Of a DNA stretch of 64,000 nucleotides, positions 28,664 to 41,951 are shown piece by piece (positions within the stretch are counted from its first letter, which is position 1; each line of letters begins with the position of its first letter). This stretch comes from Chrysomallon squamiferum (taxonomy: Eukaryota > Animalia > Mollusca), in the NCBI GenBank assembly GCA_012295275.1, contig CM022668.1, positions 1,550,001 through 1,614,000 on the forward strand, read 5' to 3'. The notes under the pieces were generated by a model. That model searched no databases. It was not told where the DNA came from and was given only the letters and a program-made list of their open reading frames with translations. Position numbers and translations under genes: made by a program.

Positions 28664-28868
28664 TGTTTAGTATATGTACAATATCTGATCTGTATGGTGC
28701 GAGTCTGTTGTAAGAATGAGGTGTTGACTGGTGTTTGTGGTTTATATAGTGACTTTATGTTTAGTATATGTACAATATCTGATCTGTATGCTCTGTTGTA
28801 AGAATGAGGTGTTGACTGGTGTTTGTGGTTTATATCTGTTATCTGATCTGTAAGAATGAGGTGTTGAC
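28664..28868. repeat. Approximately 90-bp tandem repeat interrupted by the LINE insertion (continues 29943-30020)
   Basis: TGTTTAGTATATGTACAATATCTGATCTGTATG...GAGGTGTTGACTGGTGTTTGTGGTTTATAT units. Confidence 0.8.
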
Positions 28869-29942
28869 TAGGAATAGGAAAAAAATTAACGTGCTAATCA
28901 GAGCTAGCTATTGTGAAGCACGTCTGCGACGGGCACGCTTTCTGACAGGTCAGCGGGTGTGTCCGTCGCAGAAAAGAGTTTTGGGTAGGGAAAAGAATGG
29001 ATTCTCGCCACGATTGCAGGACACAAGGAAGTGTCCAGCATATCGGATCGTAACGAGTCAGTACCGATGTTTCGCAGCCGCAATCCGCCCCCCCGGGATA
29101 TCCGGCACAATCTCTCAGCCATCACCGGGTCTGTGTTGTTTGCCGTCCTGGTTGTTCTGCTCTTGGCTGCTGTTGTTGTTTCTTTTTGGCTGCTTCCTTC
29201 TGGTCCATGTGGTCCAAACCTTTTTTTTTTTTTTTTTTTTTTTGCCAATGGTCTTTTTATTGTTTTAAAAGATATTATAAAAAAAAAACCTGCAACTAAA
29301 ACAAATAAGAACATATATGTAGTTAACTTATTTACATTTTATTTTAATTTAAAAGATGTTATAAATCCTGAAACTGACTAAGAATATAAAGAAAAAAAAA
29401 AAAAAAAAAAAAAAAAAAATAATAATTATAATAAAAAAAAAAAAATAAAATAAAATTAAAATAAAAATAAAATAAAATAAAATTCAATTAATTAAATTAT
29501 AAAAAAAAAATTAAATTGAAATAAGACACCATAACCGGGTTAGTAGTGTCTGAAAGTGGGTTCGTATAGTATGTTTATCATGTTTTAATTATTAATTTAA
29601 TTGGCCGTTCAAATTGATTCGTCAATCAGCCGATCCATCCGTAGATCCATCAGCTGTTCAACCAATCAATCCGCAGGTCAATACATTTATATAATTGTTT
29701 TGTTTTCGTGTGAAAAAAGGAAAAAAAAAGAAAAAAAGGTTTATAGTTTGTGTTTTGTTTTGAGAATGTAATTTGTTACTGCAGCGAGGACTAACTCTCT
29801 GTCTTTCACGTTTGGTGCCAGGATGTGTTGGAGCGTGAACTCGATTTTTAGTTTCTCCAGTGTATTGCGTAGTGCTTGTCTTTCCTTGGCAAAATTTGGA
29901 CAGTGAAACAAGTAGTGTTTCATGGTTTCTGAGAGTCCACAA
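28869..29942 (-). mobile_element. 5'-truncated younger copy of the same LINE family (end of ORF2 plus 3' UTR)
   Basis: ETMKHYLFHCPNFAKERQALRNTLEKLK...KTKHKL*; aligns with 24744-25650; flanked by TSD GAGGTGTTGAC (28858-28868 and 29943-29953). Confidence 0.88.
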
Positions 29943-30020
29943 GAGGTGTTGACTGGTGTTTGTGGTTTATATAGTGACTATGTTTAGTATATGTACAGTA
30001 TCTGATATGTATGGTGTGAG

Positions 30021-30256
30021 TGTTTTATGTGTGGGATGAAGTGTATGTGGTCTAACAGATTTGCATTGTTGATTTTTCTGTAAACGTAATCCTGTAGACT
30101 TAATAATTAAATGCTCAAGTTTCTAAAGGAAACTACTGTTTTATGTGTGGGATGAAGAATATGTGGTCTAACAGATTTGCATTGTTGTATTTTCTGTAAA
30201 CTTAATCCTGTAGACTTAATAATTAAATGCTCAAGTTTCTAAAGGAAACTACTGTT
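30021..30256. repeat. Tandem duplication, about 117 bp x2
   Basis: TGTTTTATGTGTGGGATGAAG...CTAAAGGAAACTAC repeated. Confidence 0.9.
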
Positions 30257-30904
30257 TGGTGATCCTATGAAAAATTTAAAAACTTGGTCTACATCCAGTC
30301 ATGTTTAATTACTGTTAATAAAGGAGATTAATTTTGTTTATTTGTAACTATACAAGTTTTCATAAGAATGCAATTTTAGTTTGCAAATGAGTTATTTTTG
30401 TTAATTTGTTTCCTTTTATTTATTTATTTTAATTTAAGAAAGTTTTAATAGCATCATTACTTCTTGAAAAACTATTTATTTCTGTACCAGTTGCCGTAGA
30501 AATCAAATTCTCTCAACTAAATCATCATTTGCAATCTTTCAGTTTTCCAAGGCATCATTTTTCTCCTGATTCATACATTGTTTCTTCATCTCTGAGAAAG
30601 TTTAGATCATACAAGAAAATAATAAATTAATAAAAAAATATAATAAAAGAAAAATAATTTTGATACAGAACATGTCAAGTTTCATGTCTTACAAGAACAG
30701 GTTTTGAATATTTTAAGATTTATTACTCAGTTGTGTCCATAATCTCTTTTAGATATTTTATTATGATTACTACTACTACTACTACTACTACTACTAATAT
30801 CACTACTGTTATTATTGTAATTATTGTATTTTTATTAAGTCTTACATGAGTACTTACAAATAAAAAATCTTGTTCACTTACACAAGCCATCCTTGTAATA
30901 TTTT

Positions 30905-32690
30905 GGCTTAGTCCCATATGGTAGAATCCCATTTCGTAGAAAGGCTAAATGTGGTTCAGTGGTCTTATTGACATGTTTGGTTTTACCTCAGTCATTTTAA
31001 TGAACTGCTCCAGATTATTTGGAAAGCGATTATTATTGTATAAATACAGTAACATCTCGCTTAACGATACCACGCTTTAACAATCTTTCTTCTTTACAAA
31101 TTATATAAATAGAAATTTAATTTAATAGTTAATTGCTCGAAATAAATGATACAAATGTATACAGTGCATGTTTTTAAGTCCTTTTTCTTTAATTTTTCGT
31201 TCATTCACGAGCTTCTCTCAGTTGTGTTGATCAGTTGACACGTCATATGTGCATCTGATATTCTGATTCTCTTTTGTCTTCTGCTTCGATTTAGACTTAA
31301 ACTTGTTTGTAATTTACCCTTCCAATATGTCAAAATGAATAACAGTATACAGGAAAATGCTGATAAAAGAAACGGAAGATAATAACTTTAGAAACAAAAT
31401 ACATTATCTTAAATGAAACCAAAACACACAATGAGCGGCATATACTTATTTCTTAATGTATTTGTATAAATTGATTTGTAAATATCTACAATCTATTAAA
31501 TCATTTATGTCTAAACTGCCGTTTTATTTCTCCTTATTTCACCTTTTTTTTTTATGTCAGATCTCATCAGCGAGAAAGTAACCACTGCTTTTAACCGTAA
31601 TTCTATGTAAATTAGTCTCCCGCTTACCTCACTTAATTATTGGAAGTTTTGGAACCAATTACATCTTTAATCTGAGGTATTATTGTAGTATGGATATTGC
31701 TTATCGCATAAAGTATGCAAATATGACAAATATCGAAATAATCTATGTATCGAATATAGTGAATGTAAATAATTAAAAAAGAAGGTATTTATCTAAAAGT
31801 ATTCCCAATGATTTGGTCCTTCGTATAAACTTTTTCAGTCATAGCCAAAGTATTTGCAGGTCATAATATCTTTAGTGAACACACTATTAATATACTATGT
31901 CACATATATTGTATAATATGTGCACAATCTGAATATGTATGTGTGCATAACGTAAATATGATCAGTAGCAGATATCTTGTACATGTTTAAGCTGAATACG
32001 GTTGAATTCGAAAAGTTAATGATAAATGTAACGTTCTAATACTCTATTTACTGAATATAAGTAAATTACTCATATGTAAAATATGTTTTGTTAAAAATTA
32101 TATTTGCTGAATTAGTTATTTATAATATTTTTGTCGTATTCTCTTACAGAAGCAAGCCATTTTTCTTTTCTTTCATTCTTTTTTCATTTTGTATTTTAAT
32201 AGATAGATGAAATTGATGTAAAATTGTTTATTATTGGTTGCTTGTTTTGTAACGGAAATGAAATGTTTATGAATTAGAAATGACCAGTTTAAAAAAAAAA
32301 ATAATAATAATAATAATAATAGTAACAGTAATTATAATAAGAAGAATAAGAAGAATAACAATAATAAAAATAATAACAACAATAATAATAGTAATAATAT
32401 TATAATAATAATAATAATAATGTTGATGATGATAATGAGAAGGAGGAAGATGATGAAATAATGAAAAAGTAACAAATCAACAACAAAAGTGAATGCTTAT
32501 TCTGCTTTCGGTTGATGTTACATAATCGATTTAGGAACAATGCGCTCCCCCTCTGAATGTTAGAAAGAAACCAGATGTATGCACAGGCCAAGTTCATTAT
32601 ATACAGAGGTAATCAGGTATTTCAGTAAACCAGGTTTTTCTACGAAATGGGAATTATACGAACTGGGAATCTACCAAATGGGAAGACACC
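30905..32690. mobile_element. Non-autonomous MULE-like DNA transposon
   Basis: GG...CC termini; imperfect TIRs built from CCCAT(T/A)TGGTAGA/CCCATTTCGTAGA subrepeats; TSD AATATTTT (30897-30904 and 32691-32698). The MULE assignment is inferred. Confidence 0.7.
31047..31685 (+). mobile_element. Tigger-like element nested in the MULE-like element
   Basis: TA-CAGTAACATCTCG ... GAGGTATTATTG-TA; HTH remnant KRKIITLETKYIIL (about 31368-31410); the homologous empty site is seen at about 38335-38350. Confidence 0.7.
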
Positions 32691-33329
32691 AATATTTTGG
32701 TCAGATCTGAAAGCTTTCATTTCCACATAATGTTCTTCACCTGCTAAATAAAGAACATAGGATTATGAATGAAAACAAATCACACAAATGCTTATTACAA
32801 TTGTGAAAATTGACCTGTATTATTATTTTATTTTTTGTTTATGTGGTAAATAACAGATCCAGTATCACACAAAACACTCTGTACTTGTATCTGTTGCTGG
32901 TGTGTGCAGATGTCTGCATGTTGTGTGTCTCATTTGTATGGTGTATTTGTTTTGTGTTTTGTGGGTGGTATATGTAGAGTATGTTTGTGTATGTGTGTCT
33001 GTCTGTATGTGTCTGTGTGTGTTCGATGTTTCAAGTGCGCTTGTTTCTGATGTGGAGAGATGTATCAGCTACAGCTCCTGGCAGAGATTCCCAGGCTGGA
33101 TTGGTAGTGTCTGGGCCAGAATGTAGGGATTTAAGTCCTAATTTAATGCAAACTTGAGAGAGGATTCTCAACCACTGGAGACCCATTAGGGTGGAAGAAT
33201 GATGGGTTCTATGCCATAAGCTACAGGTAATTCCCATAATCCATTTAGTGTTGCCATGAGATAAAGCTAACTGTGAGAAATCTATGAGATAAAGCTACTG
33301 TGAAAAAAAAAAGATATTAAAAGCAACAA

Positions 33330-33980
33330 ACTAAATTTGTCACAACGGAATACTGCAGAAATCTCAAAAACAAAGATACATTTGAGAGAAAGACTTCAGA
33401 ACAGACATCTATCCTTGCTGTCAGTGCACATCAAATGAAGAGAACAAAGTGTGATTTTTAACAACCATTCATGAAATTTGGAATTGTTTGAGACAGAAGA
33501 GCAGATGTACTAGAAGACTGGCAGGTAAATCAGCAGCTCCAAGTTGTTCTCAAGATCCTCATACATCTTTTCTCAATAATCACTGCAAACCTAGCTTTTG
33601 TTACAAACAACCTGCTGGTGAAAACTTGCAGAGCTGAACTCAGTCATCAGTTGGAACCAATAGCCACAGACTAATAAAAGTCCCAGTGGATCTCAGGAGG
33701 ACTGGCAAGATGGAGTTACAAAAAGGCAAATTGGATGTTTTCTCCAACCTGAGACACATCATCCATACAGGCAATACTAATACTGAAAACAATTAAACAA
33801 CATTGTCAAAGAATTCTCAGAACTGCAAAGGAAACCATACAAAGAAGAGCAAGATGAAATTATACACCTTACTGGATAGAACAGCTGCAGAATCTAGTGT
33901 CTAAGATAAATGAGGCAGAGAAACTGTGGAACAAGAGCCAGCTGTTGAAGGCAACATACAGCAGTAATTGCAGAGTAATT
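33330..33980 (+). mobile_element. Old LINE ORF2 endonuclease-region fragment
   Basis: Remnants DFNNHS, LEDWQ, RWSYKKANW, AKETIQRRAR*NYTPYW. Confidence 0.6.
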
Positions 33981-34529
33981 TTTGCTTCTGTTCAAACTGC
34001 AATAAAGCCATCCTTGTAATATTTCCAGATGTTGTTCTTCACCTTCTAAATAAAGAACAAAGCATTATGAATGACAACAAATCCCATACAAGTATTTTAT
34101 AAATGTGACAGATTAGCTTGTATTATTATTATAATTATTATTAGTGGGGTTTTTTTTTGTGTTTTTTTTATATTATAAAGTTTTATGTTCATTAACATAT
34201 ATTTATTATTTATTTTATTTCAAAAATGTTTACAATTTTAGCATTCAATGTCATTGGAAAAATAAAATTTTAATAAAATTTATAAAATTTGATAATCCTG
34301 TGAAAGATTTAAGTCAAAAGCGTAAATAAAAATTAAAGATGAATAAATAAATTTAATTCTTCACTTGGTGTAAAGGTTTTTGAATTTGACTACCATTATT
34401 ATTGTTGTTGTTGTTATTGCTATTGTTATTGCTGTTATCATTGTAATTATTATTATTATCATCATCATTTTTTTTTATATATTATATTCTGTTTTAAATA
34501 AAGTTCAACTCAAAAAGAAGGAAATTTTA

Positions 34530-36056
34530 CAAAGCAGGCATTAATAAATTAACTTGATAAAAGCAGTGAATGGATAAACAGCAAACCTGTTACTAACTTT
34601 CACTGATACAATAACTAGTCAGATTAATCACATGGATTATGGGCAAGTCTGTTAAAGATATTGGAGCAGCTAATCTCTAACACGTCTGCCATATTTTCAA
34701 ACAACATTTAGGAATACACAACCTTTAAACCATTACAACAGTGTAATATCAGTAACAAGCCAAGATATCAGTAATATCATGGGCAGCGTAACATTATTTT
34801 TTTACCATTTACACCATTTTTATCATTTTGAAACTTTTAATTTAATAATATCCCTGCTTGTCATTTCTCCTTTTCTAGAGCTGATTATCAGATTATACTC
34901 TTTTTATGACTGAGAAAGGATTGGTTCATTGTTTCTATATAAAAAACCTGTTATTGTACTGAATATTCTCAGGAATAACATCACATAAATTTTTTATTTA
35001 TACATTTTGTTTTTACATTAATTCACAGGATTATCAGTATGTTCACAATTAAATATGAAAATGATCAAATAAATCTTATTAGCATAAATAAAGCAGTTTT
35101 GAAGATATTCGAAACAAACAGAACATTACTTTGTTCTATTTATATTTTTACATGAATATTATTTATTTATTCATTTATTTATTTAATTATTAAATTTGTT
35201 TTTATTTTGAATGAAAGGTATTTATATTCAGTAACCAAATAATTTTCATGTTTTGAAATATCTTTGACAGTTTCTTAAGATATGCTATTCTACGGGTGAT
35301 TTCATTCTGTGCCTGCAAATAAAAAAATAATACTGTTATTTCATAAAAATCATACAAACATATTTCCTAATTGAATAGAACTGTATTGAATATTATATAC
35401 TTCATAAATTTTAATATTCTAATGTAAGGCATCAAGAAATTAAATATATAAAAAATATGAAATAATTTAAAATATTTAAATAATAATAATAAAAAAATAA
35501 TAATAAAATTCAAGTTCTACAAGACAGTTTTTCTGTTAGTGATTTCAGTTTGAAATGAAATGACTATGTATCACACCAGCTTGAAACAAAGATCAGATAT
35601 TTGCTGACTGAGTTCAATGAAAGATTCACAAAAACTAAATGTGTGTTAATTTGTTTGTTATTCTTTCATCTATTTACTTTTTAAAATAGATATCCAGTCC
35701 AAGAAAAAGGAAAGCTGGCAAAGCAGGAACTAAAAGAAATTAACTTTATTAACAGAAAAACTGCAGACTTGTTACTAGCTTCCACTGCCAGGATTAATTA
35801 GACCACAGATAACTGGACAAGTCTGTTAAAGATACTGGAGCAGCTAATCTCTAACACGTCTGCCATATTTTCAAACAAAACAAGAATAAAAGTCTTTTAA
35901 AGATTACAGCAGTGTAATATCAGTAACAAGTCTGCATAATTCACCAAAATATCAATAATATCACGGGCAGTGTAACATTATTGAATTTCCCAGTTATACC
36001 ACTTTTAAAATTTTGAAACATTTAATTTAATAATGTCCCTGCTTGTCATTTCTCCA
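34530..36056. repeat. Direct duplication of about 320 bp (34530-34870 and 35720-36056)
   Basis: Shared CAAGTCTGTTAAAGATA.TGGAGCAGCTAATCTCTAACACGTCTGCCATATTTTCAAACAA and ending TCCCTGCTTGTCATTTCTCC. Confidence 0.85.
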
Positions 36057-38294
36057 TTCCATCAGTTGGAATTAAGTGTGTTGCTTCTGAGATTATGATA
36101 GAAATTGATTAAATAAATTTTGACTGTAATATTGTAACTGCTTAATCTGTAGTTGTTAAGCAATGATTCAAGCTCAGTCTGGTTTGCATTTTTGTATCAA
36201 TTGCTTCATACCTAGTGCACCATATTCTAAATTAGTCTGAAAACATTTAAAAATAAAACTACTGCATTAGTTACAGCAGTTATTTAGATTAAAGACAACT
36301 ATCAGTAAGTTACTTATAATGTGTTTTTACGGTCTTAAATGAACTCTACTATATTATTATTATTATATGTATCTTAAAAGATCAAGTTTTGTTTATATAC
36401 TTATCTTATATCGATTTGTTTGCCTTTTTTCTTCTCTCTTGTGATGACTTCTGCTTGTTTATGGAATGAATTCGGTGATTGGAGGAGAATGTGTTTTCTT
36501 TGTAATATAGCCGCACACTGCTGATTTATAAAAGAATTTTCTTTCTTCAGTTCATGGTGAAAATATATTGATAAAGATAAAATATTTATATTTGGATTTC
36601 CATTATTAATATTACATGATAACAAGTTAAAACATATTCTGATATTGGGTATACTGCAAAATTAGTTACTTTATATGATATCAAACACTGAAAACTTACA
36701 TCGAATGTATTAAAAGATAGCGAATACATTCTATGCTTTACACATTAATAAAATACACATTCAAAATCTTTGAGTCGCACTGAAAGGATGATTTTTGAAA
36801 ATATTTGTGATTAAAATCAGTCTGATCATGACTGCTGTCTTTTCAATAGCACATGCATGTTTACATCGGTAAATAAGACAAGTTTAGGCTAATTACTTAG
36901 GACATTTACAAAAATTGAGCAAACGATATTGATTACAGCTATTTTATTGACCAAAATAAATCATAAATGTTAGAAGTTAAATGAATTACAAAGCAATATT
37001 TCACAACAATATAATATCCTAGAAATTTACTTACAACATGTGATACTTCTTTAATGGCGTTTCCCAGTGACAGTCATGTGATACTCGAGCAAACTGCTTG
37101 AAACTGACTTGAAAAGATGTTAGTTTCAATGAATGCATTTTAAAATTTGTAATTTAGTTACTCCAAAACATGATGATAATAATATCACTCTTAACAACAT
37201 GGAATTCTGCAACTGAAGAAATTTATTTAGTTTAATCACATCAATAAGTAACTAATCCTATATCTATATTAAGTACAATAAAACAACACATTAAAGAAAT
37301 AAACAATTAGTTTTTTTATTAAGGGAAGGGAAGTAATCAAACTGAACAAACAAAAACTGAGGGTAATGGTTTATTTTTATTCCAGTGATCTTATTTTAAT
37401 TACTGATTAAATAAATAAATAAATAACATAGTAAAATTAATTAATTAATTAATTAACTGAAAAAATATTTGTTAAAATTTAAAAATTATTATTATTATTA
37501 TTATATTTTTTTATATATATATTTTTTTAAATGCACATTCTAAATAGGATAGAAAACAAAACAATTCATCACAAATACCAGTCTGTGCATCACTGTTAAT
37601 AATTCACAAAGGTTTTGTTTGTTTGTTTGTTTATTGCTTTATACCTTTTGATGTGAAATTAAAGTATATGATAAGTAAATAAAAAAACGAATGATAAATT
37701 GCATTTCTTAAAAAATATACATATGTTTTTTCTAAACCAGACATCTGATTTTGTTTTTCTGTTTTTTTGACAGTAAGATTAACTTTGACTTCAGTTTTCA
37801 GTTTGTAATAAAGGTCAAAGTGATATAAATTACCAGCTGTTAGGTAAGTTGTGAAGTGTTATGTAGGTTTATTTCTGTAGGTTATACATTTTAAATTGTT
37901 CATCTTTTTATTTTTATTTTTAAATTTATTTAAAAAAATTTTGTTTTATTTAGTTATTATTGTTTTATTATTATTTTTTTTTTTTTATATTTTTTATATT
38001 GCTACATAAGATATTAGTTACTGAATTCATACTAAGTAACAGCCAAGCTAAAGAATAATAAATAGAAACATTTGGGCTAGAATTTTAACTGTATACAATA
38101 ACCCAGGAACCTTGTTAATCTCTTGTAACATAATATTACATAGGTGTTAATTATATGTCTAATACCATGCCTACATTTTTTTTTGTTATAGATTAATTTA
38201 TGATTATAATTCTTAGATTAACAATTGGCTAATCTTTCTCAGTATGTTTCAATCTGACTTTCTGATGTTCTCCACACAAAAGGTTAATTATTAT

Positions 38295-38504
38295 AATGAA
38301 CTGTTCCAGATTATTTGGAAATCTATTATTATTGTATAAATGGTATGGATGTCACTTAATGCATAAAGCATGAACAAAATTACAAATACTGAAATAATCC
38401 ATGTACTGAATGTAGTAAATGTCTTAAATAACTGAAAAAAACAGGTATAAATCGACCAATTGGGAATTCAACCGATTTGGAATCCGACCAAATGGGATGA
38501 CTCC
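38295..38504. mobile_element. Partial relative of the 30905-32690 element (empty-site version plus right TIR)
   Basis: Aligns with 30998-31044 joined to 31688-31790; ends in ...GACCAAATGGGATGACTCC. Confidence 0.6.
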
Positions 38505-38806
38505 ACCCATAGTCATAGTTCGTAAATTGTTTGACTCAGAGAAAACTCTATGGTAAAATCTCTTCAATAAACTGGCAGATGTCAATAGCAGAATTGCAAA
38601 CAGGGTCCATTTGAAATAAACATTAAGAACCAAAAACGTTTCTTGAATAAAATTTTCTTTGACTGGTCTTTTTTTTTTTTTTTTTTTTAGACCATACAGC
38701 AAACAAAAACCAAGAACATGGTAAATTAGAACTGGACTTGAAATTAACTGTTTCCATTTGATCAAATGAATATTCAAAGACATTTGCCATAATGTTTTCT
38801 TTCAAC

Positions 38807-38840
<34 letters not shown>

Positions 38841-38939
38841 ATTCCAGACTATTTTTCTACTATTACTGATGATTCTGTTGCTACTACTATTACTACACTT
38901 ATTATTACTACTCATGCTATTATCAGAAGTAGTATTTAT

Positions 38940-40049
38940 GGTATGTTCCCAAAATTGGCAGTCTCCAGATTAGGTAATCAGTGAGGTGTTATAATCCGCT
39001 TCCAGAAATGGGTAAACTGGCATAAGCAATTAAGGCCAATTTAGAGGCATGAAGAACAGAGGGGGCGATTAACGAGATTAACTTTAATGAGCAGTGAAAA
39101 GCAGAGGTGAGCCGGAATAGAGATTGCAAGAAAATTAATGTTTGGAGACATGAAATTAATGTTGTATCTCAGTAAAATTTGGAGACAGGAAATACTACCA
39201 ATTTAGACATGTGGGGTTAACAAGATCAGTTAAGAGATGTATAAAATTTGGAGACAGGAAATACTACCTATATAAATACTGTACAGTCATGATGTTTGTT
39301 ATGTTTGATCATGGCTGCGAAGGGAGAAATTTTGTTGACCAGGTATGGAGACACAACACCACAGGACATAGCTTCCAAGCTGAGTATGTTTGATGACATC
39401 AAATCCAGCTTGTACCGACAGAGCGAAAAAGGTCTGCAAACTCCAAAGGCAGCCATGGATATACACCTGGAAGACAAGTGGACCAAGACGCAGTTGGGAT
39501 CCGATTTTGTCCTTGTGGATGATGTGCAGGTGGAGAGTAGAATCATCATGGTTGGTACTGGTGCTGATTTTAGGAGACTTTGTGAGTCTGAGACTATGTC
39601 AATGGATGGAACATTCAAGATCTGAATGTGATTCATTCTCACCTAACCCACGTGTGTGTGCCAGGATTGTTCTGTCTGTTACTGGACAAAAAAGGATCAA
39701 CATATCTACGACTGGTGAACTTGCTTAAGGCAAAATCTACTGGGATGAACTTGACATTTGAACCTAAAACTGTGATCATGGATTTTGAAATCACAGTGCA
39801 CAATGTGATTCATGATTTGATGCCAGAGTGCTTTCTGGAACATTTCTTGTATAGAGTGACTGAGTGTCCTACAAATTGTGGACAAAATACAGTTTAACAA
39901 AAGCACATCAATTAAGGTGATGGAACACCAATTAGCAAGGGTGAGAAATAAAATGCCAGAAATGGAACAACTGGCATGTCCAATTAAAATGTGTTATAAT
40001 CTCACTGCCAGATTCGGTAAAATCTCACTGCCAGAATTAGGAATAAACC
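38940..40049 (+). mobile_element. Defective MULE (Mutator) transposon with DDE transposase remnant
   Basis: SMDGTFK (about 39598-39620), PGLFCLLLDKKGSTYLRL, PKTVIMDFE; TIRs GGTATGTTCCCAAAATTGGCAGT / ACTGCCAGAATTAGGAATAAACC; 8-bp TSD GTATTTAT (38932-38939 and 40050-40057); stops and frameshift present. Confidence 0.85.
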
Positions 40050-40953
40050 GTATTTATCATGGCACAGGATTACTATTATTACTACTAGCACTATTATTAA
40101 TTTCAGTCTGTACTGTTGTTATTAGCAGAGTTTTATTTTATTAAAATGATGGTGGAGAGAAATACCTGTTATAAGCTACTCTCAGTAATGATCATCAACC
40201 CATTTTTGTATGAGAACCAACCCAAATGATAAGACATCAATGTTTTAAACACATTGGTTATGGCTACCTTTAATGGCCATATTAAGTCTCTTGGTATACA
40301 GAAGCTTAGTGATGTTGTGATTTATTAATTTCAAAAATAAAGAAACTAACAACAGAGATAATAAAGTATGTCTTGAATAATCTAATTTAATCTGTGTTCT
40401 AGGAATACAACTGAGGCACTGTTATTGATTCCCAGGAAACAGAATTAAAATAGTCAAACATGAATATCAGTGCAAAGTAAAGATATATATTAAAAAAAAG
40501 AAGAAAAAAAAAAAAAGAAATCCAGTGAAGATACTTTACACAATTGATGTTAGAAAGCAGGAAATAAGATAATCTACTGGACTGATTGGCCACTGTTCTC
40601 GCTAAACATATTGATAGCTGACTGGAATAGCTCATGGAATTAAAACCAAGCTATTTTATATTTGTCAGTGATACATCCTTAAAACATTGTTAAAGATTTT
40701 CAATCAATTTTATAAAGACTGGATAACATAAGCCTATTAATTATACATATATTTCTACTTAAAATTAAAGTCACTGTTGAATTTATATTAATGAATATTT
40801 AAAGGAAATATCAAAGATTATGGTATGTGCTGTTCTGTCTTAGAACAGTGATTACATTAGCAGATGATATACATTCTTATTAAATTATGTTTTCATATTT
40901 ACCTAAAAAATGGTTATACAATAACATTTATAGTCTACTATCATTTTGTACAA

Positions 40954-40990
<37 letters not shown>

Positions 40991-41951
40991 ATTTTTCAGT
41001 TCTTTCATATTTTTAACTAATTTCACTTAGGCAATAAACAATATTATAAAAGTTGAAAGTTGCTGATTGTACATATATATTAACATTCTGTACTGAACAG
41101 CTGTGGTTGTTACTTGTTATATATATTTCAATTTTTTTATTTTTTTATTATTTTTTCTTCTAAAATTAAAATGTTTATAAAATACATTTTAAAAGCAAGT
41201 AAATAATTATATAAAAAATAGACAAAAATCATCGTATAAAATAACAAATCTAAAACTTTATATATATATAAGCAGGAATACAGTTCTAAACCTATTAAAA
41301 TAATATTAATAAAATTTAAATAAATCATCTGTCTTTTTATTCTCATAAATGCAGACACAGAAAGTATGAAACTCTGATCACTAATATAAAATTTGGCAAA
41401 CATTTTTCGAGTAATAATTCATATAATTAGCCCTGTGTCATTTGCCAAATATAAGTCAAAAAAAATCATTACTATTTTTAAGGTTATTTATTATTGGAAA
41501 AAAAAGCTATGTAGAATATACGCTATATATATTCAGTATAACCTTTCTATAGTTGGATTTAGAACATTCAGTCCTGAGTTAAGAAACAAATGATGATAAG
41601 ATTCAAGTTAAAACATAATGTGTATACTCACATTGTTTTACCAGGAAAAAATGTCTTAAATAACTTTTCTTGTCCAAATGGTCAAGTACATTTTATGTGT
41701 TTTGCCCCATAATATATTATAGGTTATAAAAATGTAAATAAATATTATTAAGAATTTAAACCATAAATCACTGAAACAAACAGAGATAGTGTTTGATAGG
41801 TTTTTTTCTTTTTTACTTCTATGTTTTTTTTTTGGGTTTTTCTCCGTCTCTGTGTCTGTTGTGTGTATGTGTTTGTTTGTTTATGTATATATGTATGTAT
41901 ATGTGTGTGTGTATGTGAATGTGTGAATGTGTCTGTGTGTTTCTGTGTGTG

